From Candidatus Marinacidobacterales bacterium (GTDB lineage Bacteria; Acidobacteriota; Vicinamibacteria; Marinacidobacterales; SMYC01), in assembly GCA_965224085.1 (NCBI GenBank), contig CBDCYI010000011.1, forward strand, positions 768,001 to 832,000: a stretch of DNA of 64,000 nucleotides, given 5' to 3'. The notes under the pieces are model-generated. The model saw only the letters and a list, made by a program, of their open reading frames with translations. It searched no databases and had not been told where the DNA came from. Within the stretch, counting starts at the first letter, position 1. Each line of letters opens with the position of its first letter. Below, piece by piece: positions 41,491 to 51,913 of the stretch. Made by a program: the position numbers and the translations under genes.

Positions 41491-41805
41491 ATGGCAGATA
41501 AATTCAAGCTCGATTCGATTTCAGATGAGCTTCTACTTCGACAGCTGTCGGAGATATTGAAAGGGTCGCGGCGCGTCGCGGTCGAGCTCGTCGCACACAT
41601 TGGCGAAGTGGATCGGCGGCGGCTATTTGCAAACCTCGCTTCCCGAGGAGACGTGGAGATGATCGAATACCTCGTATCCGAAGGCGCTGATGTGACGCTG
41701 CTGAATCGGGAAGGGCAAAGCACTGCCGACATGGCGAATGGACCGATGCAGCGCATTCAACCGTTTCCCGAGGCTCGGATCTGCTCGTACGCTTGGGCGC
41801 GGTGA
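41491..41805 (+). pseudogene. Chimera of an HNH/DUF222-like N-terminus and an ankyrin-protein C-terminus
   Basis: SDELLL..LVAHIGEVDRRRLF joined to ASRGDVEMIEYLVSEGAD. Confidence 0.6.
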
Positions 41806-41927
41806 ACCACGACCAATGCGTTTCCTGCTGAGAAAGCCGAAGCAGTCGCGCCGCGCCTCGTCGCATCTGATACGCGAACGGTCTATGTTGCGAGCCTGTC
41901 CGCGGGGGGGTAGAGTGACCGTTCTCG

Positions 41928-43064
41928 ATGCGCGTTACTTTCTATGACCCCCGGCGCGAGTATCTCGAGCTGAAGGAAGGGATCGACCGCGCGATCCGGG
42001 GCGTGCTCGAGAGCGGCGTCTATACCGCAGGTGCTCACGTCGAAGGCTTCGAGGAGGAGCTTGCCGCTTTTTTCCGCACGTCGTTCGTTATTGGTGTTGG
42101 CTCGGGGACCGCAGCTCTCGAGCTCGCGTTCGTCGCCTCCGGTCTCGGAGCCGGCGACGAAGTCGTGACGGCGCCCAACACGGATATCTCGACGACGGCC
42201 GCCATTACCCGATGCGGCGCCCGCGTTGTCTTCGCCGATGTCGAGCCGGACACACTCGTGCTGGATGCGCACGAAATTGAGGCGGCGCTGACTCGCAGAA
42301 CCAAAGCCATTGTTCCTGTGCACTTGTTCGGCCAGCTTGTTGATATGGATGCGATTCAAGGGATCGCCCGGGAACGGAACCTCCTCGTCATCGAGGACGC
42401 CGCTCTCGCGCTCGGGGGTGACTATCGGGGCAAGATGGCGGGCACGATGGGCGACGCCGGCTGCTTCAGCATGAACTCCCGCAAGAGTCTGAGCGCATTC
42501 GGGAATGCTGGCGTCGTCGTCACGCGCCGCGACGAGATGGCCACGACGATTCGCAGCCTTCGCGACTACGGGAAAAAGCGATCGGCGCCACGGGCGTCGA
42601 TGCTGGAGGCGGTCGAGTTCGTATTCGAAGGATTCAACGCCAGGCTCGACGAGCTCCAGGCCGCGGTCTTGCGCGTGAAACTGGCGACGATCGGCGACCG
42701 TCTCATGAGGCGCCGCACGATCGCCGCGCGCTACGACGCCGCATTCGAGTCGCTACCCCTGAAGGTTCCCCCATCCACGAGCGACAGCCAGCATGCTTAT
42801 CGTGCCTACACGATACTACTCGGCTCTCGCGAAGCTCGGGATGGGCTCGCCAATAATCTATTCGACCGATCGATCGATACGGCGATCTACTACGCGCCGC
42901 CACTGCATCTTCAGCCAGCCTATCGCTATCTCGGCCATCGTCCCGGGGATTTTCCCGTCGCCGAGAAAGCAGCCGAGACGATGCTCAGCATTCCCATTCA
43001 CCCGACGCTCTCCGATGATCAGGTCTCCTACGTCATCGAAGCGGTAGAGGACTGGTTTCACTGA
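41928..43064 (+). CDS. DegT/DnrJ/EryC1/StrS aminotransferase
   Basis: SGTAAL, PVHLFG, IEDAA, Lys in SRKSL, NARLDELQAA. Confidence 0.92.
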   Translation: MRVTFYDPRREYLELKEGIDRAIRGVLESGVYTAGAHVEGFEEELAAFFRTSFVIGVGSGTAALELAFVASGLGAGDEVVTAPNTDISTTAAITRCGARVVFADVEPDTLVLDAHEIEAALTRRTKAIVPVHLFGQLVDMDAIQGIARERNLLVIEDAALALGGDYRGKMAGTMGDAGCFSMNSRKSLSAFGNAGVVVTRRDEMATTIRSLRDYGKKRSAPRASMLEAVEFVFEGFNARLDELQAAVLRVKLATIGDRLMRRRTIAARYDAAFESLPLKVPPSTSDSQHAYRAYTILLGSREARDGLANNLFDRSIDTAIYYAPPLHLQPAYRYLGHRPGDFPVAEKAAETMLSIPIHPTLSDDQVSYVIEAVEDWFH

Positions 43065-43179
43065 TCCGGTCGCCGTCACAAACATTATCGTCATCGTGAC
43101 CCTCGCATCCGGCCATCGGGATGGTTGACGCGCTCGCGCTGACGGCTATGGCGCAGTCTGCAGATGAGACTAGAGAAGT

Positions 43180-43291
43180 CTATAGCGCGGAGCTCGTCGC
43201 GATCTTTCTCATGCGCACGGCGATCTTGATCCCTGTGGTAGCACTCCTGACGCACCTTCTCGAGCGCGCCGGTATGCTGGCGGGTTCCTAG
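43180..43291 (+). pseudogene. Possible C-terminal remnant of a YjiH/nucleoside-gate membrane protein
   Basis: ELVAIFLMRTAILIPVVALLTHLL. Confidence 0.35.
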
Positions 43292-43295
43292 CGCT

Positions 43296-43664
43296 CTAAC
43301 GCAAGTCGCGTCCGAACGGGAGGAGGGCGAGCGGGATGAGCTTGAGGTGTTGGAGGGCGAAGGGTATGCCGATGATGCTGATAGCGAGAACGAGCGCCGA
43401 GCCGGCGTGGGCGAGAGCAATCTCCCAGCCAAAGAAAACGAGCCAGATCACGTTTAGAACGAGCCGGGTGACGCTATTGGCGTTTTCGAGCTCCACGATC
43501 TCTTTTCCGAATGGTGTAAACGTGGCGACGCCGATTTTCATCGTTTGGACCCCGAACGGGATCCCGATGATGGTCAAGCAGAACAAGAGGCCCCCGATGA
43601 TGTAGCCGACCCCTGCAATCAAGCCACCGAAGATTAGCCATATGATGTTACCGAGTAGACTCAT
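43296..43664 (-). CDS. YccF-domain inner membrane protein
   Basis: Duplicated N..W..GG..TIIGIPF..PFG. Confidence 0.88.
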   Translation of the reverse strand: MSLLGNIIWLIFGGLIAGVGYIIGGLLFCLTIIGIPFGVQTMKIGVATFTPFGKEIVELENANSVTRLVLNVIWLVFFGWEIALAHAGSALVLAISIIGIPFALQHLKLIPLALLPFGRDLR

Positions 43665-43749
43665 TTCGTGTCCCGTATAGTACTACTGCCGAGGCGGTCT
43701 CGAGGTTCACATTTTTGCCGCGTGGCACTTCCGTGCTAGCGTCGCGGCA

Positions 43750-45327
43750 ATGAAGCTTTCGGATCTCGTGACGGTCTCGCAGGCGATCGCCGCAACGAGA
43801 AGCTGGCTCGAAAAAGCGAGGCATCTCGCGGATCTCCTGAGGCGCGCGCAAGCGGACGAAGTGCCTCTCGTGGTGAGCTATCTCAGTAGCGGCATCCGTC
43901 AGGGACGTATCGGGATCGGCTACGCGACGCTCTCGACGCTCAGGAGTGTAGAGCCCGCGGAAACGTCTTCTCTCGAGCTCCTGCAACTCGACCACGCTTT
44001 TGACGAGCTCGAGGCGGTCTCCGGTGCGGGCTCGTCGCAGCAGCGCGCCGATCTTTTGAGCGATCTTTTCGAGAAAGGGACCGCCGGCGAACAGGATTTC
44101 ATCAGTCGGCTTTTGAGCGGCGAGCTGCGGCACGGCTCACTCGAAGGAATCATGATCGAAGGGCTAGCGAAAGCGGCGGAGCTTCCCGCGCTGGCCGTGC
44201 GCCGTGCGCTCATGATCTCGGGCGATCTTGGGGAAGTCGCCCGTGCCGCTCTCTCGGACGGCGAGGCGGGGCTCGAGCGTTTTCAAATCGAGCTCTTGCG
44301 GCCCGTGAAACCGATGCTCGCCCAGACGGCGGACGACGTCGAAGATGCGCTCGCGACCCTCGGAAGAGCGGCGCTCGAGATCAAGCTCGATGGCGCGCGC
44401 ATCCAAGTGCACCGATGCGGGGACGACGTGCGCGTCTTCACGCGCCGTCTCAACGACGTGACCCACGCGTGCCCGGAAGTGGTCGCGTCGATGCGCGCGC
44501 TTCCCACGGACAAGCTCATCCTTGACGGCGAGGTCATCGCTCTCAAGAACAACGGCCGGCCCTATCCTTTTCAAGTAACGATGCGCCGCTTCGGGTGCCG
44601 CCTCGACGTTGCCGCGATGCGTCGAGCGCTGCCGCTCACATCGTTCTTTTTCGATTGTTTGTATCTCGGCGACCATTCACTCTTGAACAAAACGGCTTCT
44701 GAGCGGTTCGCACTTTTGCGCGACGCCCTTCCGGAGGAGCTCGTCGTCTCTCGCATCGTGACCGACGATGCCGACGAGGCGGGCGCTTTCGCTTCGCGGG
44801 CGCTCGAAGCCGGCCATGAGGGAGTCATGGTCAAGTCCCTCGATGCGACGTACGAGGCGGGCGCGCGCGGCAAAGCATGGCTGAAAGTGAAGCCGGCCTT
44901 GACACTCGATCTCGTCGTGCTTGCGGCGGAATGGGGTAGCGGCCGGCGCAAAGGATGGCTTTCCAACCTGCATTTGGGTGCGCGCGATAGAGAGGATGGC
45001 GGCTTCGTCATGCTAGGCAAGACGTCCAAAGGGATGACGGACGCAATCCTCGCATGGCAGACCGAGCGTCTACAGGAGATTGCGACCGAGTGTTCTGAAT
45101 GGATCGTGCATGTTCGCCCCGAGCTCGTCGTCGAGATCACGTTCAACGATTTGCAGAAAAGCAAGACTTATCCCGGAGGTCTTGCGCTGCGCTTCGCTCG
45201 GCTCAAAGGCTATCGGGAAGAAAAAGGACCCGGGGACGCGGATACCATCGAGACCGTGCGCTCGATTTACCAAAAGCAAACCGGTGAGCTACCGGACGAG
45301 GGAGAAAAGCAGCTCCGTCTGCTTTGA
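43750..45327 (+). CDS. ATP-dependent DNA ligase (LigB-like)
   Basis: PMLA, EIKLDGAR, LDGE, EGVMVK, WLKVK, ALRFAR; DBD + NTase + OB domains. Confidence 0.93.
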   Translation: MKLSDLVTVSQAIAATRSWLEKARHLADLLRRAQADEVPLVVSYLSSGIRQGRIGIGYATLSTLRSVEPAETSSLELLQLDHAFDELEAVSGAGSSQQRADLLSDLFEKGTAGEQDFISRLLSGELRHGSLEGIMIEGLAKAAELPALAVRRALMISGDLGEVARAALSDGEAGLERFQIELLRPVKPMLAQTADDVEDALATLGRAALEIKLDGARIQVHRCGDDVRVFTRRLNDVTHACPEVVASMRALPTDKLILDGEVIALKNNGRPYPFQVTMRRFGCRLDVAAMRRALPLTSFFFDCLYLGDHSLLNKTASERFALLRDALPEELVVSRIVTDDADEAGAFASRALEAGHEGVMVKSLDATYEAGARGKAWLKVKPALTLDLVVLAAEWGSGRRKGWLSNLHLGARDREDGGFVMLGKTSKGMTDAILAWQTERLQEIATECSEWIVHVRPELVVEITFNDLQKSKTYPGGLALRFARLKGYREEKGPGDADTIETVRSIYQKQTGELPDEGEKQLRLL

Positions 45328-45329
45328 CG

Positions 45330-45929
45330 ATGAAAAAGCCTCCTGGCGCCATCTTGTTCGACCTCGACGGTGTCCTCGTCGACAGCTACGCGGTGTGGTT
45401 TCATTTGCTCAATCACGTGGCGCGTGTTCTCGACTATCCCGAGATCCGTCACGAGGTCTATGAATCCGGCTGGGGGCAGAGCACGACCGCCGATCGGGAC
45501 GCGTTCTTTCCGAACCACACCGTCTCCGAGGTCGAAGCCTTTTATGACGAGCACTACTTCGAGCACCTCGAGCATATGCGTGTCGCCCCCGAAGTGCCGG
45601 AGCTCTTCTCCCGCCTGAACGAGCTCGGCATCGTGAGCGCCGTGTGCACGAACACACAGGCCTCGCTCGCGAACGAGATCGTGCGGCGGGCGGGAGCGAC
45701 GCCTGAACACGTTGTCGGCGGCAACGACGTCGCGAAGCCGAAACCAGCGCCCGATATGCTCCTGCGCGCCTGCGAGCTTCTCGAGGTCGCGACCGGCGCG
45801 GCGTGGATGATCGGGGACTCCCGCTATGACCGTGACGCGGCGCAAGCGGCGAGTATCCACTTCGTGGGTGTTCGCTTCGAAGGGGACCAGCGCATCGAAG
45901 CACTCGGCGAGCTAGTCGATCTGCTCTGA
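45330..45929 (+). CDS. HAD-superfamily phosphatase
   Basis: FDLDGVLVDS, KPAP, IGDS..D. Confidence 0.9.
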   Translation: MKKPPGAILFDLDGVLVDSYAVWFHLLNHVARVLDYPEIRHEVYESGWGQSTTADRDAFFPNHTVSEVEAFYDEHYFEHLEHMRVAPEVPELFSRLNELGIVSAVCTNTQASLANEIVRRAGATPEHVVGGNDVAKPKPAPDMLLRACELLEVATGAAWMIGDSRYDRDAAQAASIHFVGVRFEGDQRIEALGELVDLL

Positions 45930-45957
45930 GCTCGAGATCCTATAACATGCGCCGGTC

Positions 45958-47458
45958 GTGGAATCCGTTCAGATCTCGACGATCGATCTGGCGATCGTTA
46001 TCGTCTACCTCGTCGCGGTAACCGCGCTCGGTCTTTGGGAGAGCCGCGGTATTCGGTCGAGCAAGGATTTCTTTCTCGCAGGGCGATCGCTCCCTTGGTG
46101 GGCGGCTGGCATGTCCATGGTTGTTTCCGATATCGGATATCGGCGCCAAAGACATGGTCGGCCTCGCGGGCGATGCCTATCGCTTCGGCATCGTCATGAT
46201 GAACTTCGATTTCGTCGGCTGCACGTTGCCGCTTCTCATCGCTGCGTTTCTCTTCATCCCGTTTTTCTGGACCTCCGAGGTCTACACGATTCCTCAATAT
46301 CTAGGGCTCCGCTACAACCCGGCGGTGCGCACGTTCTTCGCCGTTATTTGGTCCTTTTTCATGGTCGGCACCATCGCGACGATCCTCGTGAGCGCCGCGG
46401 CGATGTTCGAAGGCCTTCTCGGCTGGTCGTTTTGGCTTTCGGTAGGCGTGACTTCTGTGCTCGTAGGGCTCTACACGGTCTCGGGCGGGCTTCGCGCCGT
46501 CGTTTACACGGACGTCATCTCGTGTGTCGTGCTCATCGCGGGTGCGGCACTCATGTGCTTCATGGGACTTCGCAAGATCGGCGGCATTGGCAATCTCGTC
46601 GAGAGCGTCTCCACCCAAACGTGGACGACGGACCATTTCGATTTACTGCCTTCGGCTGCGCATCCCGACTATCCATGGCCCGCTGTCGTTGTTGGCCTTG
46701 GCTTCGTGCTCGGCCCGGCCTATTGGATTGGAAATCAAGCGATCGTCCAGCGCACGCTAGGGACGAAAAGCGCCCGAGATGCCCGCGCGTCCTATGTTCT
46801 TTGTGCCGTCATCAAGCTCGTCTTCCCGGTGTTGCTCGTTCTGCCCGGGCTCCTCGCCATTGGCCTCTTCGCTCGAGAGCTCGGTCCGCCGACAGCAGAC
46901 TGGGATGCCAATCAAGTGCTTCCGATGGTCGTCGCGCGGCTCGTCCCGAAAGGCGCCCTCGGCATTCTCATGGGAGCCTTCGTCGCCGGTGTGATGGCGA
47001 ATCTCGACTCGTATATCAACTCTGCGAGCACGCTGCTCGTGACCGATATCTATCGGCCCTTCGTCAACCCGCGCGCCTCGGATAAACAGTGCCTCGCTCT
47101 CGGCCGCTATCTCGTCATAGCACTTCTCGCGGGCGGGGTGCTCCTGAGCTACGAGGTCAAGATGCGCTTCGCGTCAGTCTTCGAAGCTTTCCAAACGTTC
47201 CTGTCGTTTTTTCAAGGAGCTCTCTTCGCACTTCTTTTGTTCGGCATGTTGACGCGGCGCGCCACACCGGCGGGGGGAGTGGCGGGAATGGTCGTCGGCG
47301 TCGCGGCGGCGGCGGGGCTGAACGCCTCAGGCGTCCTCTTTTTATGGACCGCTTGGTGGTCCTTCGTCGCGGCGTCGATCGCGATCCTCGTCGTGAGCAC
47401 GTTCACGGAGAAAAAGCCCGAAGAAGAGCTTCGCGGGCTCGTGTGCTGGAGGCGATGA
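45958..47458 (+). pseudogene. Sodium:solute symporter frameshifted by a 7-bp duplication
   Basis: FFLAGRSLPW, GGLRAVVYTD, NQAIVQR; GATATCG twice at 46129-46142. Confidence 0.85.
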
Positions 47459-47631
47459 TGGAAAGCCTCGTCGTCATCCTCGCATTTTGCGCCACTCTCG
47501 CGCTCATCCTATCCCCTCCGCGAGGACTCGGCTTCGAAGACGAGGCACCCGTCGCGTGGTGGAGGAACGTGCGCGTCTGGGCGTCGTTCGTTGTCGTCGT
47601 CCAAATCGCCGTCTACGCCCTCTGGGGTTGA
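47455..47631 (+). CDS. Small two-TM protein coupled to the symporter
   Basis: ATGA overlap; WWRNVRVWA..VYALWG. Confidence 0.55.
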   Translation: MMESLVVILAFCATLALILSPPRGLGFEDEAPVAWWRNVRVWASFVVVVQIAVYALWG

Positions 47632-47670
47632 GACGCGGGGCGATAGCCGGTATCCTCCCGTCTACCGCTC

Positions 47671-48774
47671 ATGCGTCTAAGCTTCTGTCTGCTGCTTCTC
47701 GCGGCGCCGGCCACGGCCCAAAACTACAAAGCGGAGCTCCTGGACGGGGCCCGGCTAGGGGATTACCACCGCGTCCACTACGCAACTTCCGTTGTCGCGG
47801 TGGATACGCGAGACAGCGAAGGACGCACGGCGCTTTTGCTCGCGTCGATCGAGGGACACACGCGGATCGTGGCTTTGCTGCTCGAAAAAGGCGCGAACCC
47901 GAACGTTAGGGATACGACGGGAAAAAGCGCGCTCGGCCACGCGCTTTACGCTCATCCCGAGGTGGCGAAAGTGCTGCTCGACGGCGGCGCCGATGCGAAT
48001 CAGCGCGACGGCGACGGGCGTCGGTTGCTGATGAACGCCGTTATCGGCGCTGACCCCGACACGGTGCGCTTGCTGCTCACAGGCGGCGCCGATCCCGGCA
48101 TTCGAAACAACGAAGGGCTGAGCGCGCTCGTGATTGCGGAAGAAGTGGGTGCGAGCGAGGTCGTGAATCTATTGCGAGCGGCGGGCGCGCGAAAGAGCCG
48201 TGAAGAGCAGCTCGATGCTGCGATCCGTGGTGGCGATGTCGCGAACGTGACAGCACTCCTCGAACAAGATGTCGACGTTGACCAGCTCGACACAATGGAC
48301 TACCAGACTCCGCTAATGACGGCGCTCGAGCAAGACAACCTCGAGATCGTGAAACTTCTTCTCGCGCATGATGCGGATCCCACCGTCGAAGGTACTGGCT
48401 TGCGCACCACGGGCCAAAACGCGCTCACACTCGCCGCGGCGCGCGCCAATGTCGAGGCGCTCACACATTTTGTCGAATCGCGGCTCCCGGGTGAAGCGTG
48501 GAACGACGCGGTGTTGACAAACTGCGCGAGCGTCGGGGTCGTCCGCATCAGCTTGGACGCCGGTGCGGACAAAAACGCGAAAGGAAATCGCGACCGCACG
48601 GTGCTCATGTGTGCCGCCGAAGCAGGAGCGAGCGGAGTCGTGTCGTTGCTTCTATCGGCGGGCGCCGACCCCAACGCGGTCTCCAAGGATGGCTGGACGG
48701 CTATCGAGCGCGCCGCGCTTCACGGTCACGCCGACGTGGTAACGGCGCTCGAAGGCGCTGGCGCGACGCGCTAG
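47671..48774 (+). CDS. Secreted ankyrin-repeat protein
   Basis: Signal peptide; multiple G.TAL..A..G..LL..GAD.N repeats. Confidence 0.9.
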   Translation: MRLSFCLLLLAAPATAQNYKAELLDGARLGDYHRVHYATSVVAVDTRDSEGRTALLLASIEGHTRIVALLLEKGANPNVRDTTGKSALGHALYAHPEVAKVLLDGGADANQRDGDGRRLLMNAVIGADPDTVRLLLTGGADPGIRNNEGLSALVIAEEVGASEVVNLLRAAGARKSREEQLDAAIRGGDVANVTALLEQDVDVDQLDTMDYQTPLMTALEQDNLEIVKLLLAHDADPTVEGTGLRTTGQNALTLAAARANVEALTHFVESRLPGEAWNDAVLTNCASVGVVRISLDAGADKNAKGNRDRTVLMCAAEAGASGVVSLLLSAGADPNAVSKDGWTAIERAALHGHADVVTALEGAGATR

Positions 48775-49277
48775 TTCTTAGGCCGCATCGACCAATGCTC
48801 TTCGGGACTTTCCAGCTGTGTGCCGTCGCCGAGCGCGGTCGTCTCGACGAAGCGTTCCCACGCGGGGACGGCCCACTCAGTATCGTTCTCCCAGTAGTAG
48901 AACGTCATGAGCAGCTGAAAAAGTCTGTTCGAGGCGATGAGCCATCGTCCGTGTGCCTCAGTGGCCTCGCCCGTCCGTTTGTCGGCCGAGGGATAGGCGT
49001 AGTCGGCCCACGCCAAACGACGTCCCGTTTCCTCGACGGTGTCGATTTTTGTACCAGCACCGGCTTCCGGCACGTGCTTGAGAAGGCGTTGGAGCAGGAC
49101 GTCGACGGGAACGTTCCGAGCCTGGGGCGGCAGGCGTGCGTAGGAGATCTCGACGCGGCAAGACTCGCTCGGATCCGTGAGGGTTAGGTGGCCCTGCGGG
49201 CTCCGCGTAACCGTCCAGCCGTCCGGACAAAGGAACTCGACGTTCCCGCGGTCCATGACGATGACTTTTTCACCCAT
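48771..49277 (-). CDS. Hypothetical protein
   Basis: Protein-like composition; convergent stop overlap; start uncertain. Confidence 0.6.
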   Translation of the reverse strand: MGEKVIVMDRGNVEFLCPDGWTVTRSPQGHLTLTDPSESCRVEISYARLPPQARNVPVDVLLQRLLKHVPEAGAGTKIDTVEETGRRLAWADYAYPSADKRTGEATEAHGRWLIASNRLFQLLMTFYYWENDTEWAVPAWERFVETTALGDGTQLESPEEHWSMRPKN

Positions 49278-49889
49278 TTGTCGCGAGCAGTCTACCACGG
49301 AGGTTTTCGTGCTCGTGGTCAGAGAAAAACGGAAGTAGGTTCCGTCCATAATAGAGACAGTCCCCGTCGCCCCATTCACAAATAGAAGTAGGAGTTGCTC
49401 CTTTGAACGACGCTTCGCGTGCGTTCTGGTTCAAGCCACCCCTCGAGCCTGGCGGCAACGAGGATACGCTCTTCGTGCCGCTGGCCGCCCGGACCGCGGT
49501 AGGTATGAGCCGGAGGACGCTCTTTGTCGAGTTCTACGATTCCATCCGTCTCTGGATAGAGGAGCACCGCAAGCCCGGCCTGGCGGTGGTTGCTCTCGGC
49601 GGGCGCAGAGTGTCTGGATCGAAAACCGCTCGATGTCCGCCCGAGCTGCCCCTATCACCGGAATCGTTGCCCTTCGTTAACGGGCTCAGCGTGGCTCCTC
49701 GCACGCGAAACCGCACGACATCGTGGCCGCTGCGAGCGATACACGACCCGGCTTGTAGCCGCGTAGCAAAGCCGAGCGATTTTGGGGCCGGCGAGGGTAT
49801 GGATGTCGAGTTAGCATGACGAGGAGGTGCGAGCAGATCCTGTGAAAGGATTCACAGGCCCCGGCCGTGTGGTCTGGTAGAGTAGCGTC

Positions 49890-50657
49890 ATGCGGCGCTC
49901 GAGCTCGGCGGTCGTCCTCTTCACGCTGACGCCGGAAGCGGAAGGGGTTAGAAAACCCCTCGGGCTCCACGGGTCGCAGCGTGCCACGGCTCTTTTTGCC
50001 ACACTGATCGAGCACGTCCAGACGGTGTGCACGGGTCTGAGCGGCGCCGATCTCCTCGTTGCCAGCGAGGCGCCGGTCGATCTCCCCGCGGGAGCTCAGT
50101 GGCTCCGTCAACGAGGGAGAGACTTCGGAGAATCGCTCAGGCTTGCGGTCGAGGAGGCGTTCGCGCGCGGCTACCGGCAGGTCGTCGTCATCGGGAACGA
50201 TGCGCCGGAGATCTGTCAGGATTACGTGAAAACCGCTCTCGACGAGCTCTCCCGAGGAGAACGGAAGGCCGCCGTCGGTCCGGCGACCGACGGAGGCTAC
50301 AACCTTATCGGCCTGACGGAGCCGTGCATCGCGGCCTTCGAAGCGATGCCCTGGGGCTCGGCCGAGGTTGCGCAACTGACCGTGGAGCGGCTTCGGGAAA
50401 GCGGCTTCGAAGTGGCGCATCTTCCGAAGCTCGAAGACATCGATAGCGCTCAGGAGCTCGTGCGCTTTTTGAACCGCATCTCCAGCCATGGACCGCGGGC
50501 CCGAGTAGCTCTGAAGAGGCTCGTTTCTCGGATTCGACAACTTTCCGCACCGGAACTTTGGACCATCGAAGAGGCTCATCACTCTCACAAGCGCCTCTCA
50601 CCCGCCGCCGCCCACCGGCTGCGCGCTCCGCCCCTGCCTTCCTGCACGACGCTCTAA
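49890..50657 (+). CDS. DUF2064/TIGR04282-like transferase
   Basis: QRG.DFGE.L, VVIGND.P, GPATDGGY.LIGL, DID. Confidence 0.82.
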   Translation: MRRSSSAVVLFTLTPEAEGVRKPLGLHGSQRATALFATLIEHVQTVCTGLSGADLLVASEAPVDLPAGAQWLRQRGRDFGESLRLAVEEAFARGYRQVVVIGNDAPEICQDYVKTALDELSRGERKAAVGPATDGGYNLIGLTEPCIAAFEAMPWGSAEVAQLTVERLRESGFEVAHLPKLEDIDSAQELVRFLNRISSHGPRARVALKRLVSRIRQLSAPELWTIEEAHHSHKRLSPAAAHRLRAPPLPSCTTL

Positions 50658-50701
50658 TCCTTCTGTTCGAGATCCGCGAAAGGCGGACCGGGAGTGTATC
50701 C

Positions 50702-51913
50702 ATGGAAAGGCCCATAGACTTGCAAAGACTAGCCATCATCGGCGCTGGCCCGATCGGAATCGAGGCCGCGCTCGCCGGGCGCGAGCTCGGATACGACGTT
50801 CGCGTCTATGAGCGTGGAACCGTCGGCGGGAACCTGCGGCGCTGGGGACGCGTGCGGCTCTTCTCTTCCTTCGAGCTCAATCACTCGGGGCGGGGTGCGC
50901 GTCTTCTCCAAGCCGAAGGTTTCAAGCTTCCCGAGGCCTCCGCGTATCTCACCGGGGAGGAGCACCTCGAGCGCTATCTCGAGCCTCTGTCGCGCACAGC
51001 CCCTCTGTCGGGATGCATCCACGAGAACACGCGCGTGGTCTCGGTCGGCCGCGAAGGCATCGGGAAGGGGGACCTCATCGGCGGTCCGCGGGAGCGGTAT
51101 CCGTTCCGGCTTCTCGTCGAAAGCGAGGCCGGCGACGAGGAGCTCGCGGAGGCAGACGTCCTTTTCGACTGTTCGGGAACGTACGGAAACCACAATTGGG
51201 TGGGAAACGGGAACGTACCGGCTCTCGGAGAGCGCGCGCTCGAGGAGCACATTGCCTACGAGCTCGAAGACGTCACCGGGACGGATCGCGCGAGATACGA
51301 GGCAAAGCGTGTTCTCCTCGTCGGCGACGGTCACTCGGCGAGCACGGCGCTCGACGGTTTGAGGGCCCTCCGCGAAACGACGGTCCACTGGGTCGTGCGA
51401 AAACAGAAGCCGCCCGCCGTCATCGCCGACGATCCGCTTCCCGAGCGCAAGAGGCTCTCCGAGCTCGCAGGTGAGCTCGCAGCGGGAGGCGACGCCCGGA
51501 TCCACTTCTATCCAGAGCACACCGTCGAGTCGGTACGGCGTGGGAGCTCCGCGTTCGAAGTCGAGCTTCGCTCGTCGCGGGCAACCAAGCTCGTGAGCGT
51601 GGACCGGATCCTTGCCCACGTCGGGTACCATCCGGACCGAAGCATCTATCGAGAGCTCCAAGTCCACGAGTGCTACGCCTCGCTGGCTCCGATGAAGCTT
51701 GCCGCAGCTCTTCTCGGCGAAAGCCCGGTCGACTGCTTGGCGCAGACGTCCAAAGGCGCCGAGGTTCTCAGAAATCCGGAACCGAATTTCTTCATTCTCG
51801 GGGCCAAGAGCTACGGCAAAGGCTCGAATTTCCTGATCCGCATCGGGCTCCGGCAGATCGCGGAAGTGTTCGGACTGCTGGCCGCCGAGAGGCGGAAGGA
51901 GCGAGCCTCGTGA
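50702..51913 (+). CDS. FAD/NAD(P)-dependent oxidoreductase (flavin monooxygenase-like)
   Basis: IIGAGPIG, WGRVRLFS, DCSGT, VGDGHSA, PEPNFFILGAKSYG. Confidence 0.85.
   Translation: MERPIDLQRLAIIGAGPIGIEAALAGRELGYDVRVYERGTVGGNLRRWGRVRLFSSFELNHSGRGARLLQAEGFKLPEASAYLTGEEHLERYLEPLSRTAPLSGCIHENTRVVSVGREGIGKGDLIGGPRERYPFRLLVESEAGDEELAEADVLFDCSGTYGNHNWVGNGNVPALGERALEEHIAYELEDVTGTDRARYEAKRVLLVGDGHSASTALDGLRALRETTVHWVVRKQKPPAVIADDPLPERKRLSELAGELAAGGDARIHFYPEHTVESVRRGSSAFEVELRSSRATKLVSVDRILAHVGYHPDRSIYRELQVHECYASLAPMKLAAALLGESPVDCLAQTSKGAEVLRNPEPNFFILGAKSYGKGSNFLIRIGLRQIAEVFGLLAAERRKERAS

Noticed and set aside
49376-49880. Short ORFs upstream of the arsenic-related operon as a regulator such as ArsR
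   Set aside because: No HTH or other recognisable motif in any frame
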